From a virus (Duplodnaviria; Caudoviricetes), in the IMG/VR virus record IMGVR_UViG_3300010355_000898, positions 64,001 to 128,000 of that record: DNA of 64,000 bases; one strand, given 5' to 3'. How positions within the stretch are numbered: the stretch's first letter is position 1; each line of letters begins with the position of its first letter. The notes below the pieces were generated by a model, which was given only the letters and a program-made list of their open reading frames with translations, did no database searches and was not told the DNA's origin. Both the position numbers and the translations under genes were made by a program. Below, piece after piece: positions 33,465 to 45,226 of the stretch.

Positions 33465-33695
33465 ATGGGAAAAAATCAGATTGAGAGAGAAGATAAGATT
33501 GAATTCAGCGGCATAATTCTTGACACAATGCCTGGGCCAATATTCAGGGTTAAGTGTGAAAGTGGACAAGAAATTGTTGCAACATTGTCAGGTAAATTGA
33601 GACAGAATAAGATCAAATTGTTGATTGGTGATCTTGTCAAGGTTGAAGTGTCTCCATATGACACCTCAAAAGGTAGAGTAACATGGCGTAAATAG
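33465..33695 (+). CDS. infA: Translation initiation factor IF-1
   Basis: EDKIEFSG...FRV...SGKLRQNKIKLLIGDLVKVEVSPYDTSKGRVTWR. Confidence 0.95.
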   Translation: MGKNQIEREDKIEFSGIILDTMPGPIFRVKCESGQEIVATLSGKLRQNKIKLLIGDLVKVEVSPYDTSKGRVTWRK

Positions 33696-33720
33696 TATCT
33701 CTCACCTGAGCAGAATGTGG

Positions 33721-33748
33721 AACGCTGATGGGCATGCCCATCAGCGTT
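33721..33748 (+). terminator. Perfect 28-bp palindrome, probable terminator after infA
   Basis: aacgctgatgggcatgcccatcagcgtt followed by tt. Confidence 0.7.
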
Positions 33749-33763
33749 TTGCTATTTAACATT

Positions 33764-34942
33764 ATGCAATTTCCCAAATATGTTGATGTTGATGAAAAAG
33801 AATGGAAATATGTGAATTCACACAACGTTGGGAATATGACGCTCATTCAGTACTCACAAAATGTGCTGAAATTGGATGCAATATTCAAAGTTTATGAACA
33901 TGGAAATTGTGAACTCACTGTCATGTCTCCTTGGTCTGGAAAAAAGGTTGTCAAAAAATTTGACAATTTCAGCACAAATATGATTGGAAAAATGATCAGT
34001 GAGTGCATTGATGTGAACAGTGATTTGCAAATGATTGCTGAGCTGTATGTGAATGAAATTGTCAACCTGAAACCACTGATCAGTGATTTCATTGAAACTG
34101 GTGATGTTTTCAATCGGTTCAATACATTATTGAACAGTGAAATCAGGTATTCAACCAATTCAAAAAGTTTGCAACAATTGATGAAAATTCTGAAAGATGT
34201 GTTGTTGGATTCTTTTGACAAAGATACAATGAAAGAAATGATCAGTTCACAACTTTTGCACATGGGAGAGGATGAACTGAAAGAATCCAATAACATTCAC
34301 CTGTTTGCAAAGATTGTCAATCGAGTGATTGAACACATTCAATATGAATTGAATTCTGCAAATCCTGAAGTGGAAGAGACAGAACAGGATGTTTTTGGAA
34401 AATTTGCATTTGCAGATGAAAAGTATGGATATGAACAGTCACCAGAACATGATGTTCAACAAGAAAGGATTCTATATCAGAAAATTCTTGATTTCATGAA
34501 TGGTGACATTGCAAGATTGACAAGTGAAGATTGCAATCTGATGTTAAATTTCATCAAAGAAGGAAAATACACACGTATATTCATGAAACCTGATACAGAT
34601 GTTGTGTACAGAGGAATGTCTGTGAAGAGAGAATGGTTCAATAAACATTATAGTGGAGAATTCACATATTCACCAAAATTTGAAGCATCGAGTTGGACAA
34701 GAGATTTTGATATTGCAAAAAGGTTTGCACTTGTAAAAAATGATGATCATCCTGGAAATGTTGCAGTTGTAATCACTGCATCTGTGAACGGAATTAATGC
34801 AATTGATTGTGGTAATCTGTTGAAGGGTATCTATTCGATTGACAGTGGACCAAAAGGTGATGGTCGGATTGCAAGTTGGGATCATGAAAAGGAAATCATT
34901 GTCATTGGTGATGCAACAGTGAATTCCGTCAAAATTGTTTAG
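33764..34942 (+). CDS. R-S-E clade ADP-ribosyltransferase-like protein 1
   Basis: VYRG, SSWT, HEKE; shared AFAD..Y..SPE.D block; start set by upstream TATTTA. Confidence 0.75.
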   Translation: MQFPKYVDVDEKEWKYVNSHNVGNMTLIQYSQNVLKLDAIFKVYEHGNCELTVMSPWSGKKVVKKFDNFSTNMIGKMISECIDVNSDLQMIAELYVNEIVNLKPLISDFIETGDVFNRFNTLLNSEIRYSTNSKSLQQLMKILKDVLLDSFDKDTMKEMISSQLLHMGEDELKESNNIHLFAKIVNRVIEHIQYELNSANPEVEETEQDVFGKFAFADEKYGYEQSPEHDVQQERILYQKILDFMNGDIARLTSEDCNLMLNFIKEGKYTRIFMKPDTDVVYRGMSVKREWFNKHYSGEFTYSPKFEASSWTRDFDIAKRFALVKNDDHPGNVAVVITASVNGINAIDCGNLLKGIYSIDSGPKGDGRIASWDHEKEIIVIGDATVNSVKIV

Positions 34943-34947
34943 AATTT

Positions 34948-35952
34948 GTGGAATGGCGCATAATGATGAAATATTGTGATGATAAATTGTTGATTGAATA
35001 TTCTGAACAGATCATTAATGATCTGTCACAAACATATCAAGATTTGATAAGAACACTTTCAAAAAAACTTGAACAGCATTGTGATGCTGTTGATGACTAT
35101 GATGTGAAAAAAATTCGTGAATTCATGAATGATGAAATCTATCAGAAGGTATCATCACAGAATGTACGTACATTTTTCATTGATGTTGTTGGAGACATCA
35201 TTGCATACAGGAAGGGTATCATTGAAGATCCAATTGATGTTGAATTCATTGATGAATTGAATGATGAAGAATTTGACGCAATTGTGAACACTGAAATGTT
35301 CACAGAAATGTTTATGAATGTTCTGAAACATTTGGGAGCAAATATCAAACCTGATAGCGATGATGACAATGCCCCATTGGGAAGATATGCATTTGCAGAC
35401 AAAAAATATGATCCATCACCAGAAAAAGATAATCCAACTGAAAAACGCATTTGGAAAACACTATTTGATTTCTTTTCAGGAGAGGTTGAAGCAATTGATC
35501 GCAATTTCATTGATGAAATTGATGAATTGATCTATTCAAATCAATATCAACGAATATTTTTTCATTCTGATGTTGACAAATTGTACAGAGGAATGTGTGT
35601 ACAAAAATCTTGGTTTGAACATAAATCTGAATCCCAAAAAATGTATAAACCACATTTTATAGCATCAAGTTGGACAAAAGATTTTGAAATTGCAAAAAAG
35701 TTTGCACTTGAAAATAAGTCTGATGATATCAGTTTCAATGACACAGATCAGGGTGACATTGTTGCAATTGTCATCAGCACTGACCTGAACGTTGATGGGC
35801 AACGAGAAAAAACAATTGATTGTGGTGATCTGAAGAGTGGTCTGTATTCAATTGACAGTGGACTTGCCAACAAGTTGGCAAGATGGTCAAAAGAAAAAGA
35901 AGTGATAGTGTTTGGCAATTGCGCAATCAGTGAAATTGAAATAGTTGGGTAA
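34948..35952 (+). CDS. R-S-E clade ADP-ribosyltransferase-like protein 2
   Basis: LYRG, SSWT, KEKE; clear paralog of the previous gene. Confidence 0.75.
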   Translation: MEWRIMMKYCDDKLLIEYSEQIINDLSQTYQDLIRTLSKKLEQHCDAVDDYDVKKIREFMNDEIYQKVSSQNVRTFFIDVVGDIIAYRKGIIEDPIDVEFIDELNDEEFDAIVNTEMFTEMFMNVLKHLGANIKPDSDDDNAPLGRYAFADKKYDPSPEKDNPTEKRIWKTLFDFFSGEVEAIDRNFIDEIDELIYSNQYQRIFFHSDVDKLYRGMCVQKSWFEHKSESQKMYKPHFIASSWTKDFEIAKKFALENKSDDISFNDTDQGDIVAIVISTDLNVDGQREKTIDCGDLKSGLYSIDSGLANKLARWSKEKEVIVFGNCAISEIEIVG

Positions 35953-35959
35953 AATAGAC

Positions 35960-37186
35960 ATGAGCATATTTGGCAAATCAGAACAAAGTTTCAATTCAAT
36001 CAGAGATGATTTCTTCAGCGCCGCGGGTGATGCAAGGAACGCAGGCGTCAAGATTTCAAAGAACAGATGGAATTTTTTGCTTGAAAAGATTACTGATGAA
36101 TTTGATATGTTCAATGATTTTGCTGAATTCTACAGTGACATGTATCCACTTTGGCAGGCTGCATACAGTGGAAATCTTGAAAAGTATGACGAATACTATA
36201 ATCTGTATGAAATTCAATATCCCATCACAGATATTGCTCACATCGGTAGATTGAAAAGAATTGACAATTTCAAATTATTGTCATACATGATAGAAATGAT
36301 TACCGAAAATGGTAATCAAACAACAGAGCCGGATGAACCAAATGGTGGTCCACTTGATCAATATGCATTTGCTGATGAACTGTACATTCAATCTCCAGAA
36401 AAGGATAACAAGGTTGAAAAAAGATTGTACCAAGTGTTGTCAAAATATGTGCACGGTGACATCAAAATGTTCCAAAAAAATCCAGAAATGGCAAACCTAT
36501 TGCAACAATTGTCACATGGCGGAAAATATCCTGGGGCATTTCAGGATGTTTCTGGGTATTTGTACAGGGGGATTGCTGCTTCAAGAGATTGGTTGAAAAA
36601 CTATGTTGACGTCACAAAAATATATCCGGGCAGACCAGTAACAATTCAACCCAAAAATTGGATATACACACCAAAATATAATGTCAGCAGTTGGTCAACA
36701 GAATTCGACATTGCAACCCAATTTGCAATGGACAATGTAAATCATGATGATCCATACATCATAACAATGACAACAGAGGCTGATGTGGTTTCTGCTGTGT
36801 CACTTGACAATTTTTACAAATACCTAAAAAGACCAAGAAGATATCGTGATGAACGTGAAATAATCTGTTTTGGTGATGTGAAGGTAAAGAATGTAAACAT
36901 AAGATTGCATCCAATGTTTGGATCACATCTCAATCCAGACTTTTACACAGATAAAATTGATGAGGCACACCAATGGGAAGATATGCCAGGTTTGGGAAAA
37001 CGTGATCTTGAATGTGATTTGGATGACACAGATCTGGATCAACATCTGAGAGATGCTGAGGATCCAGATGATATCAATGACATATATGGGCCCGTGCCAC
37101 CAGATGATGAAACCATTCCAGGTGTTAAAATTGACCCATACAATACAGATTGGGATATGCATCACTATTCAAAATGGATGCCATGA
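35960..37186 (+). CDS. R-S-E clade ADP-ribosyltransferase-like protein 3 with acidic C-terminal extension
   Basis: LYRG, SSWST, DERE; same AFAD/SPEKD block. Confidence 0.75.
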   Translation: MSIFGKSEQSFNSIRDDFFSAAGDARNAGVKISKNRWNFLLEKITDEFDMFNDFAEFYSDMYPLWQAAYSGNLEKYDEYYNLYEIQYPITDIAHIGRLKRIDNFKLLSYMIEMITENGNQTTEPDEPNGGPLDQYAFADELYIQSPEKDNKVEKRLYQVLSKYVHGDIKMFQKNPEMANLLQQLSHGGKYPGAFQDVSGYLYRGIAASRDWLKNYVDVTKIYPGRPVTIQPKNWIYTPKYNVSSWSTEFDIATQFAMDNVNHDDPYIITMTTEADVVSAVSLDNFYKYLKRPRRYRDEREIICFGDVKVKNVNIRLHPMFGSHLNPDFYTDKIDEAHQWEDMPGLGKRDLECDLDDTDLDQHLRDAEDPDDINDIYGPVPPDDETIPGVKIDPYNTDWDMHHYSKWMP

Positions 37187-37307
37187 ACATTATGTTGCGA
37201 ACCAATATTGCCTGAGCGCTATTCCCACGTTGCACATTGGTTGACATTGTTGCAATTGTAACTCTTTTGTTGCAATCAATATACAACCACACTTGTATAC
37301 AATCAAC

Positions 37308-37577
37308 CTATTCATTTTTGCAAAATCTGTCAATCAGATTTCTGAATTCAACAATTGTGATATCACTACCAACATGGAGAATTTTTCCATTGTAAGCCCA
37401 TGTAACATCTTCACCATAACGCCAAACAGCAGGACCATTCACGTTGTGCAATGATCCACTCACATAATATTTCAACGTCCCATCAGCATACTGCATGGCA
37501 GGCAATTCATTCCTGTGTGGAACACCATTCAATTGAAATATTGTTGTCCCGTCCTGTGTTATGATGAGCTCATTCAC
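37308..37577 (-). CDS. Beta-hairpin repeat protein (G.LHR.DGPA type)
   Basis: GVPHRNELPA..YADG and GSLHNVNGPA repeats. Confidence 0.7.
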   Translation of the reverse strand: MNELIITQDGTTIFQLNGVPHRNELPAMQYADGTLKYYVSGSLHNVNGPAVWRYGEDVTWAYNGKILHVGSDITIVEFRNLIDRFCKNE

Positions 37578-37587
37578 TTATCAGTAA

Positions 37588-37941
37588 TTATCGAATATGA
37601 TGAAAATCACGATGAATTTTCATAATTCCCACAATTTTTGGGTACCATGTACGTTCAATTTCACCACCTGAAAAGTTAACCCTCAGAATGAAGAGATCAT
37701 TTTCAATTCCACATTCTCTGTAACGATACATTGTCGATTTATACAATGAAACAAAGTTGTGTGTTATTGCTGATTTCAATTTTCCAATTGAATCATAAAT
37801 TTTGGGTTTTGTTGATTGACAACCTCCAGAACTGAGCCACAAGCCATTCCGGAATTGACCCATCACAACATACAATTCATCAATCTTTTTGATCTTTGCT
37901 TTAGCTTTCATTTTGACAACTTTTCTTTCATTGGATACCAA
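37588..37941 (-). CDS. Hypothetical protein, paralog of 53937-54278
   Basis: Shared RNG.....G....P and SG....TWYPK.VG...I.R.F.H. Confidence 0.6.
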   Translation of the reverse strand: MVSNERKVVKMKAKAKIKKIDELYVVMGQFRNGLWLSSGGCQSTKPKIYDSIGKLKSAITHNFVSLYKSTMYRYRECGIENDLFILRVNFSGGEIERTWYPKIVGIMKIHRDFHHIR

Positions 37942-38270
37942 ATGCCATATTCATTTGGAGAAATTGTGTACACAACCTTTTTTACGCCCCTATTCCTGAT
38001 CAACAATTCACACTTTTTGCATGGTCTTGCATTTGCCCAATCACCTTGTGCAATCCTTGCAACGTACATTGTGCATCCATAATCTGCCTTTTTGAGTGCA
38101 CGTGCTTCAGCGTGTTTCATTGGATGAGGTTTTTCAGTCTTGCCATTGTGTGCTGTGACAACAGCACCATCTGTTCTCAGGATTACACAACCAAGATAGA
38201 AATTTTTCTTTGATATGTCTGAAACTGCAATTTCAGATGCAAGTTTCAACATTTTTGTCGTTGTTGACAT
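37908..38270 (-). CDS. Zn-dependent cytidine/deoxycytidylate deaminase-fold protein
   Basis: HAE and RPCKKC. Confidence 0.88.
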   Translation of the reverse strand: MSTTTKMLKLASEIAVSDISKKNFYLGCVILRTDGAVVTAHNGKTEKPHPMKHAEARALKKADYGCTMYVARIAQGDWANARPCKKCELLIRNRGVKKVVYTISPNEYGIWYPMKEKLSK

Positions 38271-38282
38271 ACTGTTTTCTCA

Positions 38283-38770
38283 TCATTGTGTCAACATTGT
38301 CTCAAATTCCAAAATTGACATTGATGTCCTGTACAATTGGATCATTTTCTGATCACTGATATCATCAACAATGTAATAATAACCTTTACTGCACATGATG
38401 ATTTCATATTCATAACTCAATTTATGATACAACCAATATCGTCGCATTACACAATGATCATCAATACAAAATTCTTGTACATTTTTTGAAATGCATAAAC
38501 TTTTCAAGATTTTTTGTGCCACATTTTGGAAAATTTAAGTTCAAAATCATAACGATCTGTTGATGTTTTGAACATGTTCATCAATTCACTGAATTGAATA
38601 TGTGAGTGTTCAAATTTCCTATGTGTTTGTTCACAAAAGATATCATACATATACAATTGTGATTGTGCATCCCAAGTGCGTCGGATCACACATTCTTCAT
38701 TAATGGAAAATTCTTGCATGATTATTCCACTTCTATTGAGACGTTCTGACAGACAAATGTTTCTATACAT
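38283..38770 (-). CDS. Two tandem paralogous small proteins (38283-38522, 38504-38770)
   Basis: QEFCIDDHCVMRRYW vs QEFSINEECVIRRTW. Confidence 0.6.
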
Positions 38771-39478
38771 GTTGTTATGTTATCACCATTCACTCAACAA
38801 ATTCACCAAATACATTATCTGTAAATTGCTGGTCCAATTTTGCAATAGTCTTGTTGGAATTCAACATCATTATTGATGATATCTGACAAGATCTTTAATT
38901 CTCGCAAAATTGGTGATTTGGGAACAATGTGTGGCATATACTGTTCCAATCTTGTGCACCATGCAGCATAAACTCGTTGAGGCGTCATGAATGCAATCTT
39001 TTCCATATGTGTCATTGTTCTGTACACAATGCTGCATTCACCAGTGTTATATACAGTCATCATTATCATAAATTTGGTTCTGTCTCAAATGCATCAAGAA
39101 TTTGTAACATCTGTTCAAGATCAACAATTCTGTTCATTTTGATGCCCAAATTGAATGTAAACGTTCTGTACCTGACAGACACATGTCCACTTTCAAAGAA
39201 TTTAAATTTCAAAATGTTGCATTTTTCGTTCATTCAATGATTTTACAACATCATTGTACGATTTGCAATAAAAATTACCATATCTTGGATTGAGTATTCC
39301 AGAACTATAACTGATTCTGAACATTTGTTTTTGAATACATTCTGGGCCAACACTAATTCTAAAATTGTGTGCTGTAAAATTGCCATCATAAATTTTGATG
39401 TTGAGGATAGTGAGTGAGTGTGAAATCAACAATTCTTTCACAACTTTTACATTTCCATTGAGTATATCACTGAGCAGA

Positions 39479-39652
39479 TCAATTATTGTCATCAGATGTC
39501 ATTCTTTCAATGACACAACAACTAACATAACCATTCACATGTATTCGCAATCCAAAATTGAGCTTTTGTGACAGTGCATTATATGTTGTTTCAACGAATT
39601 GATAGTTTTCGCCAATTGCAAACTTAATTCTGCAATATTTTTCATATGTCAT
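39479..39652 (-). CDS. MTY-family miniprotein (57 aa, not in ORF track)
   Basis: MTYEKYCRI...GLRIHVNGYV, translated by hand. Confidence 0.65.
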   Translation of the reverse strand: MTYEKYCRIKFAIGENYQFVETTYNALSQKLNFGLRIHVNGYVSCCVIERMTSDDNN

Positions 39653-39714
39653 TTGACATGACCAATTTCATTATTGTTGCATATGTGTGCACTGTCTGTA
39701 ATCATTTAATGTCA

Positions 39715-40422
39715 TTATGTGAGATAATTGTTGAATACAAAATTTCTCAACATTTGTTGGGGATTGAAGATTTCATGAACTGTTTTTGTTGTGTCAGTCA
39801 ATATGTTCTTCACAGATCGTTTCCTTTCAATCATGCTTTTGTGTATTGATGTTTCAGATCTGATGATTGCATAATCATCCACAGCAGTGATCATGATGTG
39901 TCCATTCAACAATTTCCACGCAAAATTTGGCATCAAAGTTTGGAATACAATATCACCCAAATTTGAGAACAACATTATTGGAGTGATAATGCACACTAAT
40001 CTGACAGTGACTGCAATCACATATTGACAATTGATCAATTTTGCACTCAAAATGATTGGACCAAACATCAATGTTGACAACAGCAACGTTCCAAACAATT
40101 TTGTTATATAACACTGTTTTGGCACAATGTGTTCTGGAATATCAACAACTGATTTTCCACTTGCAATAGCAATTGTTGCCATAAGATCAATAATCAACAT
40201 GATAACCCACAACACTGGTATCCATTTGTGTGGAAACAAAAATCTGTCCCAGAACAGAAAACTTGTCAAGAGGTGCACAATCAACATTGTGTTGTTGACG
40301 ATAATGATGTTGAAAATTGAATAACTGATTGGCGCAATTTTTGTGATTGTTCTATTTTTCATTCTATTGTCCCGAAAAATGTGCAGTTCAAGGTTTTGAA
40401 GGCTCAGTTGATGAATTACCAT
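39715..40422 (-). CDS. Multi-pass membrane protein
   Basis: Four or more hydrophobic segments. Confidence 0.55.
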   Translation of the reverse strand: MVIHQLSLQNLELHIFRDNRMKNRTITKIAPISYSIFNIIIVNNTMLIVHLLTSFLFWDRFLFPHKWIPVLWVIMLIIDLMATIAIASGKSVVDIPEHIVPKQCYITKLFGTLLLSTLMFGPIILSAKLINCQYVIAVTVRLVCIITPIMLFSNLGDIVFQTLMPNFAWKLLNGHIMITAVDDYAIIRSETSIHKSMIERKRSVKNILTDTTKTVHEIFNPQQMLRNFVFNNYLT

Positions 40423-43135
40423 TAATGAATATGATCAATTTTCTGTCTTCTGGTTGTAATGGCAATACATAGAGTTGTTTCAATTTTGATTCTTCAATAC
40501 TTGTGTTTTCACGAGCACTTATGCTCATCCAAATTCTTCTGAATTGTTCATAGGTCATATTAATCCTGTGTATACATTTATTGTGTGCATGTTGAAGCAT
40601 TCCCATTACTGAACAACATTAAATGTCGCATTTTAGGATTGTACGATTCAAAATAGGCAGTTTCTATGTCATTGATTGGTATTGCATTATGTTGACCTCG
40701 CAAATTTATGATCAACCAAATTCTTCTGAATTGTCTATATGTCATACAAATTGTTCTAATCTAATGTTGAACCCAAACCAATTTCACCCTCTGAATGAAT
40801 CAGCAGAGTGTATGTGTGCAATTCATTCTCAACAATGTCAATCATGTGTTTGTAAGATATACGTCTTACCCAATTCTGTTCACAAGTGAGACGTTTCCGG
40901 AAACACACAATCAATTTTGAATTCATCAACTGCTTATCCATACAATGCCACATGCTGATATACTGAGATACATTCCATTGTGATTATCAATCTTATTGTA
41001 TTCATACAATGAATCATCGGTGTCAACATAATGTTGTTCTGTTCGACCACCAATAATCATGCAAATATTGCAAAATTTTCTGTATGTCATGATCGCTTAT
41101 CAATGATATATTGATACGCCATTGAGTCCAGTGCTCCAATCATACTGATTGCGCAAGCACCACTATACTTTATCATCAAACTTGGTTCCCAACACTCAAA
41201 AATTGCATTAGGATTGTTCTCAAACAGTTGAATACAATTATTAATCGTAACCCTATCTTGTGAGGAATAGCGATTCAAATCTGGATATTTGTCAACAACT
41301 GCAAGCAATTTTTTGACTATTGATAACAGCAATTTTCCTGTGTATGTTTTTGTTTCCATTTTATGTTCTCAAACTGTTGCAACATCAATTGAACCATTCT
41401 CATATATCACCAATGATATTCTATATGAAATATGACGTTGAAGAATAAATTGCGCTCTCATCACATAATAGTTTATTGAATATTTGGGCTCAGCAATTCT
41501 CTGAAGTGGCGCAGGATTTTTGTGCACTTTCAACCAATCAGCATACAGCAATAAACATTTGGCAATTTTTGTTAATGTCAATTTATGTGTCATTATGAAT
41601 ATCGATTATACCTGAATTTTCAATAACAAGAGACCATGTGCATACACCAGAACGAATACAAATATTTTCTTGACGTTTAGCATACTTTGTCATGAAATTC
41701 AAATCATAAATCAAATTTCCAGTGTATGATGGCATGCAATTGTGAGCAATCAGTTTTTTAATGCACCTGATGAATGCATACACTTGACGCAATTCTTCTG
41801 TTCTTTGTTGTTCAGAGTTCAAATCCATATGAAATTCTTCCTGAAAAATGGATATTCAGTGACCAATGGGCTGACTGAGGCACCATGAAAACTGGACGTG
41901 TTTCAACAAGTTTCTTTTTTAAGATTATGATCTGATTGATTAGGTGCCAAGAATCATCATAATCTGTTCTTGTTCTCAATTCGAGCAATCTTATGATGTG
42001 TCTGATTTCATCAAAAGTGTTGTGCATTTCTGAACCCGATATTACCACAATTGGTGATTGTCAACCATAAATCAGTTCCAGTGTTTGCATACTTGAGTGT
42101 GTAAACGAGTGATTGTAAATGATCAATTTCATTATCAATCTTCAGTATGCCAAATATTTCTTGCAATATTCCATGTTCAACATTGTGCAATCTGTGTTTG
42201 AAACATTGTGTCAATTTTTGTGCACTATTCATATTCATATCAATAGAGAAAAAATACCAAATCATCATTCATTCTGTACTTTAAACACATTATCATTAAT
42301 GGTTGTTCATTTGGCTTTACGCATTTGTTTTTATGCAACCATGATGAATATATTGATTGCAATCCATCATGACGATCAATGAGAATTGATAAAAGTCTGT
42401 TCATTTTTTGTATTTGATTATTTGACATCACAATTTATTGAGCATTCTGATGCGAAGATCACCCACACGATCTATTGCAAGAGAATAATTGTATACATCA
42501 TATTGTGCTGTCATCCAGTATTCATACAACAATGAATTGTGTCCAGATTCACTTAAACGAATTCTGAAACAATTCTTAATGTGTTCACCTGATTCAGGAA
42601 TATTCATTCAAATCTCCAACCAAATTTTCCATTATGATCAAAGACAATTGATTTTGAGTCAGTTTTTTGACGCAATTCATAACAGTGTTTAATTCTGTTC
42701 AACTGTTCTGCAAGAAGCATACAATGATCATATCACAAGATAATATCAATTTCACAATCAAAGGTAACAATCCCAATTGATATATCCTGATTGATAAATT
42801 TTCAACATATAACTTTTATGTTGTATTGAATGTTCCTGAATGTACTGAATTTCATTCTGAACACCATACATCATCCAATCCATGTGGTGTCTGTCAATGT
42901 TCATTGCATGACACAATTTGGCACAATTCATGATTTTTGTCAATTGTTTAATCTGATTCATTACAAATTCCAATCAATTGATCCAATTGAAAAAATGAGT
43001 AAATGTAATCTGTTATCATCAATATGATAATTTTCAAGCTGTTTCATGAGATGATGTAAATTTGTTTTTAAATAGTAATCATCATTTTCATTCATGATGC
43101 GAATGGTAAAACAATTCATCAATTTTTGTCTGTTT

Positions 43136-43266
43136 CTATTTGACACAAAAAGTTATCTTCCCATCATTATGCACAATAATGTTGCTGATGTTCATTGTTT
43201 TTTGACTGTATTCACAAAAACAATTCTTTCCATAAAGTTTACGTCCATCTGTTCACAACAGATCAT
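43136..43266 (-). pseudogene. Frameshifted array member
   Basis: N-terminal frame stops just after an A6 run; the hairpin motif IIVHNDGKITF is in another frame. Confidence 0.45.
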
Positions 43267-44213
43267 TGAGTGCCCAAGATGCGCCACCATTGCAAAAAAA
43301 TTTCAATTCAATTTGGCTGTCAAAATCTTTATATGTTATGCTTGAATTGGGATCATATTCACTCAAAATGTGTGCAATTTTTTCATAATACCATCTGTCA
43401 CAATCATTCCTGGAATTCAGGATTTTTAGACAATTTGACACAATTTCATACTTTGATTTCATCTTTTTGATCATAAAGAACACTTACACATTTAAAATCA
43501 ATTGATCCATCACACAATATCAAAAGTTTGAAATCATATCTGGAAATGTCACCAACAATCACTTGCCAATTGATTATGTTCTTTGACCACCGACAATAGT
43601 AGTCAGCATTTTTTCTCTTGGAACCTTTGTTGTCACCACCATTTGTTGCACGAACAGTGAACATTTTGTACAATTTCATTTGTGTATTGTTGATTATGTC
43701 AACCATTATGGTTCTTCCATTTTATTTTGATGCAAACCAATGGTTCCTGATGTTCTAATTGATAGACACAAATTTGTCCACTCTGTTCCATAATCAATCA
43801 TGAACAGAATGCTCACAATCATCAATCTGTACTGATTGCGTTCATAAATATATTTTTGTTGAGAATATCTCAATTCAGCACACTTGAGAAGTTTTGCAAG
43901 TTGTACGTCAATATTATTCATAATACCACCACAAACCTCCATTGTGATTGATTGTCAATACGTAATTGTTTTGCGGCAGAGATCCAGAAATAAATCCAGA
44001 AATTATGAGGGTTGACAAATGTTCAATCATTATTGTGTATTCATCACGCCCTTTTGGATTGCTGATATGTTCAAGTCTGCGCCCAAAACAGTTCCTGATC
44101 TTTGACAGAATTACAATCTTTTGTTCTGATGACATGCTTTCATTCACGTGGATATCCACCTGTATGCAATTGACGTATACTGTATTTGTCAAGATCATAA
44201 AATTTTACATGAT

Positions 44214-44257
44214 AGTCAATCAATCCAGATCGACCAGTCAATCAATCCAGATCGACC
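44214..44257. repeat. Perfect 22-bp tandem duplication
   Basis: agtcaatcaatccagatcgacc x2. Confidence 0.95.
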
Positions 44258-44603
44258 AATCATCAATACAAAATTGTCACTGTGATCATATTTCACAATG
44301 TTATTAAACCTTCCTCGCAATAATTCACGAGTATATTCTGATTTTGTATTCAGGATTCTGATCTTGAACATCCGATGCAATCTATCACATGATTCTGACA
44401 TTTGTTATACCATTCCAACTGTTTGGTGTCTGAAATCAATACTACTATCATTGCGGATGAGCAATCTGTATTCAGAATTGGGATCCCACCGAACATATTC
44501 TGCTAACCAAGCTAACATCATTTCAGTTCCTTCATTGCTTACAGGCCACGCCCTGATTGTGAGCATTCTGTGAATTCTTTTAGTTGAGTTTGTCATACAA
44601 TGT

Positions 44604-44832
44604 TCATGTCATTACAAAATCTATTTTGACAACGCCTGACCATTTAACATAGAGTGCTACTATCCTGATTGATTTATCATATGCCAACTTCAGCATCAGC
44701 AAGAACTCTGTCAATACGCATAAGCAAATTTGCATAATGGTAACGTTCCTGAAGTTTTGTTGAATCAAATCGTTCGTATATATGAACTCTAATCCTTTTG
44801 AGTTTTGCAATGTTGTCTGGATGTTGCATCAT
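44604..44832 (-). pseudogene. Frameshifted array member
   Basis: MMQHPDNIAKLKRIRVHIYER... stops at 44677; ALYVKWSGVVKI continues in another frame. Confidence 0.55.
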
Positions 44833-45226
44833 CTGCGCCATTTGATCTTTCCATCACTGTGTATATTGAGCACAAATTTGTCAGATTTGTCTGCATGAAA
44901 TAGCAGAATGGATAGATAAACATTCCGTTCATAAACTCCATTCACAGATCTCATCCTGAGCATTCTCATCATTCTCCTATATGATTCTGAACCCTGCATC
45001 AGTTAAATGTACAACATGACAGTGCATGTTGCACTGCACTCAAGAATGTCCCAGAACAATTCTGCAAATTGCGATGTTGTCCAATCAATATGTGGGCAGA
45101 ACAGTTATCCTGCAGTGTCCTGGAATGATTGGGATGGATGTTTGTACACGGTGTTGTTAACCGATCTCCAGATGTGTATGGGTTCCTGAAAGGATTCAGA
45201 ACGCGAGAGAACATTTTCGTATACAA

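Larger units (their letters stand above)
40388..44999 (-). other. Miniprotein array 1: about 23 head-to-tail 38-95 aa paralogous ORFs
   Basis: N-terminal helix ending in Arg (KL..CF..R or MTY.QF..I....R) plus C-terminal L.I...G.I.(W/F) hairpin; includes sub-60 aa ORFs 40578-40745, 40926-41090, 42428-42607, 42604-42720, 44829-44999. Confidence 0.8.
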
